This document shows positions 58,719-64,000 of a DNA stretch of 64,000 nt, piece after piece; positions within the stretch are counted from its first letter, which is position 1, and every line of letters begins with the position of its first letter. The notes under the pieces are model-generated. The model saw only the letters and a program-made list of their open reading frames with translations, was not told the DNA's origin and ran no database searches. A program made the translations under genes and the position numbers. The stretch is from an uncultured Planctomycetota bacterium (lineage in GTDB: Bacteria; Planctomycetota; Planctomycetia; Isosphaerales; Isosphaeraceae), in contig CAWGMQ010000010.1 of the NCBI GenBank assembly GCA_963823665.1, forward strand, positions 960,001 through 1,024,000. Reading direction: 5' to 3'.

Positions 58719-60806
58719 ATGAAGACGATTCGGCGAACGTTGAGTCTGGCAGGGCTCGTCATTGTCATCGCATCGCCGGCCAGTCACGGCGACGAGGGGA
58801 TGTGGACATTCGACAATTTGCCGCTCAAACTGCTCGAAGAGCGTTACGGATTCAAGCCAACACCCGAGTGGATTGCCAGGGTGCGCTCGGCGGCTGTTCG
58901 GTTCAATAGTGGCGGGTCTGGCTCGTTTGTTTCGCCGGATGGTCTGGTGATGACCAATCACCACGTCGCCGGCGATACGCTTCAGAAGCTCAGCACGCCC
59001 GCCAAGGACTACTTCAAAGACGGGTTCCTGGCGCGTGACCGCGAGCACGAAGTGAAGGCACCCGACCTGGAATTGAACGTGCTGGTTGGCATCGACGACG
59101 TTACTGAGCGCGTGAATGCCGCTGTCTCCTCCGACATGAACGATGCCGCGGCCGCCAAGGCAAGACGGCAGACAATTGCGGCCATCGAGAAAGAGGCGTT
59201 TGACCGCACCGGGCTGCGCAGTGACGTGGTCACGCTCTATCGAGGAGGGAGATATCACCTCTACAGCTATAAAAAGCACACCGATGTTCGTCTGGTATTC
59301 GCGCCCGAGTCTGCCATCGCGTCGTTCGGTGGTGATCCGGACAACTTCGAATTTCCGCGGTATGACCTCGATTGTGCATTCTTTCGCGCCTACGAAGACG
59401 GCAAGCCGGCCAGGCCGGCGCAGGTTCTGAGCTGGGGCGAGCAGGGCACAAAGGAGGGGGAGCTCGTGTTCGTCGTCGGGAATCCCGGTGCGACTTCGCG
59501 GCTCAATACCGTGGCCCATCTGGAATACCTGCGCGACGTGTCGCTGCCCCGGAGGCTGGCGCTGGTGGAAGGAATCGAGGAATGCCTGCTGGAGTACGGA
59601 AGGCGGAGTTCTGAATTGCTGCGACAGTCCAAACAGGCCCTCCAGAGCATCCAGAACACGCGGAAGCTTTCCGTCGGCCGGCTCGCCGGTTTGCGAGATC
59701 CCGCCTTGATCGAGCGGAAAGCACAAGCGGAGCGGGCATTTCGCGAACGGATCGCGAAGAATGCGCGCGAGCAGGAGCTTTACGGCCAGGCGTGGGACAA
59801 GATCGCCCACTCGTGCGACACAGCCCGGCGGGTAGACTTGCCAATGACATTTCTTGAAAACAGAGGAGCCTTCAACTCGGAGCTCTTCGACATCGCCCGT
59901 AGGATCGTCCGGCTCGTCGAAGAAGATACGAAGCCAAACTCCGAGCGTCTGCGCGAGTATGGCGACGCCGGGAGAGCTTCGCTCGAGCAGGACCTTTACT
60001 CGCCTGCGCCCGTCTATCCCGACTTTGAGGAGGCGAAGCTGACCCATTCGCTGGCTTACTGGAAGCAGACTGTCGGCCAATCGGACACAACTTGCTCGCG
60101 CGTGCTCGGCGGCCAAAACCCCGAGGCTGTGGCCAGGGAGCTGGTGCGTGGATCGAAGCTCGCCGATGTCGACGTTCGCAAGCAACTCGTGAAGGGAGGC
60201 GTCAAGGCCGTGGCGGAGTCCGACGACTCGATGATCCGTCTGGCCCGGGATATCGATGCAGAAGCTCGCGCAGCGCGACGTGTTTGGGACGACGAGGTGA
60301 ACGGCGTTCAGAACGCCCAGTATGCCCTCATCGCCAGGGCGATTTTCGAAGGCCAGGGGACGACGTCCTACCCCGATGCAACGTTCACGCTCCGCCTGGC
60401 TCTGGGAGTGGTGAAGGGCTACGAACCCGATGGCAAACGGGTGCCGGCCTTCACGACGATCGGTGGTGCACTTGAGCACGCCGCTGCGCATGGTAATGTC
60501 TATCCGTACGTAATTCCAAAGAGCTGGATCGCCGCTCGAGACGGCGGCGGGCTTGCGCTCGAGACACCGATGAACTTCGTGTCAACGGCAGACACGATCG
60601 GTGGCAACTCGGGCAGCCCGGTGATCGATCGAAGCGGTGCGGTCGTCGGGTTGAACTTCGACCGCAACCGATATGGTCTGGCCCGCGACTTCGGCTACGA
60701 CGACCGCCTGGGGCGGCATATCGCCGTCGATGTGCGGGGGATTTCCGAGGCATTGCGGTCCGTGTACAAGGCCGAGGAGTTGCTGCGGGAATTGCGGGGA
60801 AGGTGA
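58719..60806 (+). CDS. S46 family dipeptidyl peptidase (DPP7/DPP11-like)
   Basis: Signal peptide then DEGMW; GSFVSPDGLVMTNHHV, FGGDPDNF.FPR, YPDATFTLRL, GGNSGSPV, GLNFD. Confidence 0.9.
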   Translation: MKTIRRTLSLAGLVIVIASPASHGDEGMWTFDNLPLKLLEERYGFKPTPEWIARVRSAAVRFNSGGSGSFVSPDGLVMTNHHVAGDTLQKLSTPAKDYFKDGFLARDREHEVKAPDLELNVLVGIDDVTERVNAAVSSDMNDAAAAKARRQTIAAIEKEAFDRTGLRSDVVTLYRGGRYHLYSYKKHTDVRLVFAPESAIASFGGDPDNFEFPRYDLDCAFFRAYEDGKPARPAQVLSWGEQGTKEGELVFVVGNPGATSRLNTVAHLEYLRDVSLPRRLALVEGIEECLLEYGRRSSELLRQSKQALQSIQNTRKLSVGRLAGLRDPALIERKAQAERAFRERIAKNAREQELYGQAWDKIAHSCDTARRVDLPMTFLENRGAFNSELFDIARRIVRLVEEDTKPNSERLREYGDAGRASLEQDLYSPAPVYPDFEEAKLTHSLAYWKQTVGQSDTTCSRVLGGQNPEAVARELVRGSKLADVDVRKQLVKGGVKAVAESDDSMIRLARDIDAEARAARRVWDDEVNGVQNAQYALIARAIFEGQGTTSYPDATFTLRLALGVVKGYEPDGKRVPAFTTIGGALEHAAAHGNVYPYVIPKSWIAARDGGGLALETPMNFVSTADTIGGNSGSPVIDRSGAVVGLNFDRNRYGLARDFGYDDRLGRHIAVDVRGISEALRSVYKAEELLRELRGR

Positions 60807-60984
60807 GATCGGGATGGCGTGCGGTGTGCCCGATCGGGGTGAGGAGGCTTCCGTCGTGGCCCCCGATCCGTGCCCTGCCGAAGAGCAGTCGACGGGGATG
60901 ATGCCACTTCAGCACACGAACGCAATCCGCCGACAGCCTGTCATCGCGTCAACAGTGCAAACCCGCACGAAAAAACTCTTTAGG

Positions 60985-61134
60985 CCTGCGTCACCCGTCG
61001 TTTGCGTCATCCCTTTGCATCGCTTGGACTTAACGGGTGACGCAGGAATAATCGGACCTGCGCAAAATCAAAGCAACGCATTGGCGCATAATGAGTTATG
61101 AGGTGACGCAGCGGTGACGTAGGGGTGACGCAGC
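60985..61134. repeat. Cluster of GGTGACGCAG/CTGCGTCACC repeats (14-bp perfect inverted repeat plus three 11-bp tandem units)
   Basis: cctgcgtcacccgt 60985-60998 pairs with acgggtgacgcagg 61033-61046. ggtgacgcagc, ggtgacgtagg and ggtgacgcagc occur at 61102, 61113 and 61124, with an extra tgcgtca at 61003. Confidence 0.75.
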
Positions 61135-61306
61135 ATCTCCCTCATGTTACGCGTAGTCGTCCAGCGCTCGATCTCTGCGCCCCCACGTGTCGGATCGCCG
61201 GACGGAGCCGGCTCCTACACGAATGTGCTCGCACAGGTCGCATCGGTAGGAGGGCGCCTCGTCTGGTTTGTTGAAAACTCGCGATTGAGCGCGGTCTCTC
61301 GTCGCT

Positions 61307-64000
61307 TCACGGCTCGTTGGCGTTCAAGCCCGCTTTGAGGACCCTGTCGATCCGGAAGCGAATCTCCTTCAGGTGCGCGAGTGTTGTGTCGTCGAACTTG
61401 CGGGTTTTCTGCTCGAGGAGCTTGTCGATTTTCTGGCCGATCTCGTCGAGGTGCAACCTCGCGAGATTCTTGGCATCCGCCGGATAGGATGATGAGCCGC
61501 CCAGGACGACGACGAAGCTGTATCCGCCGTACGGGGAGCCGCTCTTCGGCCCGAGCACGATGTTGCTGAGCCGCTTGACGTACTCTCGCTGGAGATTTCG
61601 CCGAATCGTGGAAACCGCATAAGGCGACGAGCCCTCGGCCGGAGGCGAGGCGACTTCCGTGAAGATACCATCGGACAGCGTCCGGAAGATCTCGGCGATT
61701 TTGAGCGGATTGCTGCCGGGGTCGCTCTGGAGCTCCTGATTCTGGATTCGAGAGAGCACGCCCGGATCGAGGCACTGGTCCACCACGATCTCCTGGATGC
61801 CCAGGATCATCCCGTAGAGCGGGTAATCGGTATTGCCGAAGTACGAGTAGCGGCTGTCCTGCCAGGACTCGGTCATAAGCTTCCGGAGCAAGGCAGGGGA
61901 GAACTGAAACGCCTTGTCGGCAAGAATATAGTCGACCAGGAACTTGAGCGCCTCGCGCTGCCTGGCACCGGAGATCGGTATGACAGGGTCACGCGCCTTG
62001 TCTTTCGCCTTGTGGTCGCGGTTGACCGACTGGCCGCCGATGTACTCGGCCGAAAGGTACGCGCCGTTGCCGAACTGGCTGATGCACGACATGAATGCGC
62101 TGCGAAGCCGAGCCCACGACTCGCCGTCCTTGACGACTTTCTGATCGAGATCCTTGAGCAGCTCGGAGGCCATCGTCATGCGCATCTTGCCGTAGGCCAG
62201 CGTGTCGGAAGTCAGGTCGTAGGTGTTGACCTGGGGGTCGTTGCTCATGAAGTCGTCATCGGTGGCGAAGGCCAGGTCCGGTTCTGGAGAGCGCTCGGCG
62301 ATCTTCTTGAGCCCGGCCTCCTCGCCGCCTTCGGGGGTGGCATAGGCATATTCAATCGCCCAGTAGTCATAGGGGCCAATGGTTGTCGAGGCGTAGTCGC
62401 CTTGTTTCTGGCCCTTGGGGGCGATGTTGATCGGGTTGTAATCCATCACGCTGCCCGTCATTCCCTTGACGCGGGTGATCGACGTGTCGTTGATCTGGTC
62501 GGGCCTCAGCATGATGCTGGCCTTGAAATTGTGTCGCAGCCCGAGGGAATGGCCGACTTCGTGCATCACCACTTCCTTGATCGCCTGCCCCAGAAATCCC
62601 TCCGGCAGCTTGAGCTCCTTTTCCTTTTTCTCCTTTTCGGCTTTCTCCTTCTCGGCTTTGTCTTTTTCTTCCTTTTGCTTGTCCGAGTCCTTGTCTTTGG
62701 CCTTGGCCTCGTCGGGAGTGTCCGTCTCCAGCATTGCCAGCGCGAGGGTGGCGAAGCGCATCTCGTGGGACTTGGCGGCGCAGTAATTACACGCGGCGAG
62801 CCGGCCGTGGCTCAGCCGCTGGCTCAACTGGGCCTGGATCGGGTCCCAACCGGAAGGAACCACGTCAACGGCCAGGGGTGACGTGCCGTCCGGCCCACGG
62901 TTGTTGCCCAGGATCGCCGCGTTCATGGCGGCGGCGCGGAGGGTGCCCGGTGGCGGCACGGGGAGCCCGAATCCGTGCTTCATCGCCATGATCGGGCTCA
63001 AGACCTCGGCCATTGCCAGCGGAACCGGCCCGGCGGAGGGAGTCGGCGCCCGATGCGCTGCCGGTCGGGACCGGTACCCCCATCAAGAACGCGTATTCCT
63101 CTTGCCAGGTCTTGATCCAACTGGCGTCGAAGATCACGTCCCCGTCGATCATCTCGCCGGTGAGCGGATTGCTGCGCAGAGCCGACATGGCGAAGGTCGA
63201 GCCCGTGGTGATCCAGCGCAGCGTACAGTAGTTGATGTCTTCGGGCTCGAAGTCGTCGCGCTCATGCTGCCAGCGGACGGCGATCGCATCCTTGAAGCCG
63301 ATCTTCTCGAACGCCTTGTTCCACTCGAGAATTCCCTCCTGCACGTATGGCCGATACTCCTCGGGCACGTTGTCTTCGATATACCACGTGATCTGCTTGC
63401 GGGGGGGCGAGAGCTTGGCGCTCGGGTTCGCTTTCTCCAGCCGCCAGCGGTTGATCATGCGCTTGGCGTTGGTTTCCGGATCAGGGTTGGCGAAGTCGGT
63501 CACGGCGTTCAAGAAGTGCCCCACCCGGTAATCGGCCGTGCGAGGATGGTAACCTGGGTCGGGCGCCTTGCAGAGGCTGTAGTGCAGGACCAGGGTGATT
63601 CCCCGCGCGTCGACTACCGGAGAGGCGCCACCGAAGTAGCGCCGGTAACGGGCGCCAGTGAAGGTTGCCTCGACCTGGATCTCGTCGTTATCGGGATAGG
63701 TGCGGATCTTGAACCAGCGCGAGCGACTGCGATCCAGGCCACCGAAGCCGACCTGGGCGAAGTCGGTCAGGAAGATGTCGGCGAAGTCGATCACCAGCGT
63801 CGCGCCCTGGGGGTTGATCGAGAGGATCGGCAGGGACATGAGGATCGAGTCGGTGTAATTCTGCTTGACGGCCTTGTCGAGCGGCGTGCCCGACGGAGCG
63901 GTGAAATGGATGTTCTTGCGAACGAGCTGCAGATTGTCGCCGATCCGGCGGAAGGCGATCACCCACTCATCGCCGAAGTTGAGCGGCTGGCCCGCACTGG
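61307..64000 (-). CDS. Zinc-dependent metalloprotease (DUF5117/DUF4953, EcxA-like); N-terminus beyond the right edge, frameshift at ~63013-63045
   Basis: HEVGHSLGLRHNF, SVMDY Met-turn, IGPYDYWAIEYAY, RWRLEK, EGILEWNKAFEKIGF, NPLTGE motifs. Confidence 0.85.

Noticed and set aside
60985..61134. Repeat cluster as a CRISPR array
   Set aside because: Units are only 10-14 bp, in mixed orientation, without regular spacers or cas genes.
62600..62710. Lys/Glu-rich repeat in the metalloprotease
   Set aside because: An ordinary charged low-complexity linker.

Overview
GC-rich bacterial DNA, most likely a planctomycete (Isosphaeraceae-like). This is inferred from an LExR-type extracellular leader, two ECF sigma factors with long membrane-anchored extensions, a CRTAC1/ASPIC-UnbV protein, a Uma2 nuclease and a Gly-rich/TPR secreted protein. 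The first 15 kb is one giant (>5000 aa, runs off the left edge) minus-strand beta-helix surface protein. It is followed by a glycosyltransferase-rich cluster containing an IS1182-family element inserted exactly in the loop of a palindrome. The middle holds a Ser/Thr kinase, secreted proteins, an antitoxin with a decayed PIN toxin, an M14 peptidase, deaD, an ECF sigma factor and a CRTAC1-like protein. Next is a translationally coupled pair: an M48 metallopeptidase and a ~1700-aa half-kinase/DUF4011-like/SF1-helicase/nuclease-like protein, the best candidate for an undescribed defence system. After it, a betaine-family ABC importer abuts egtB-egtD (ergothioneine synthesis), followed by a Uma2 nuclease, a methyltransferase, a second ECF sigma factor, an S46 peptidase, an orphan iteron-like repeat cluster and a zinc metalloprotease running off the right edge. 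At least 14 genes carry apparent small frameshifts. These look like long-read indel errors, so the genes are reported as reconstructed CDSs rather than pseudogenes. No rRNA, tRNA or CRISPR array was seen. All family calls come from motif recognition by eye, not from database searches.
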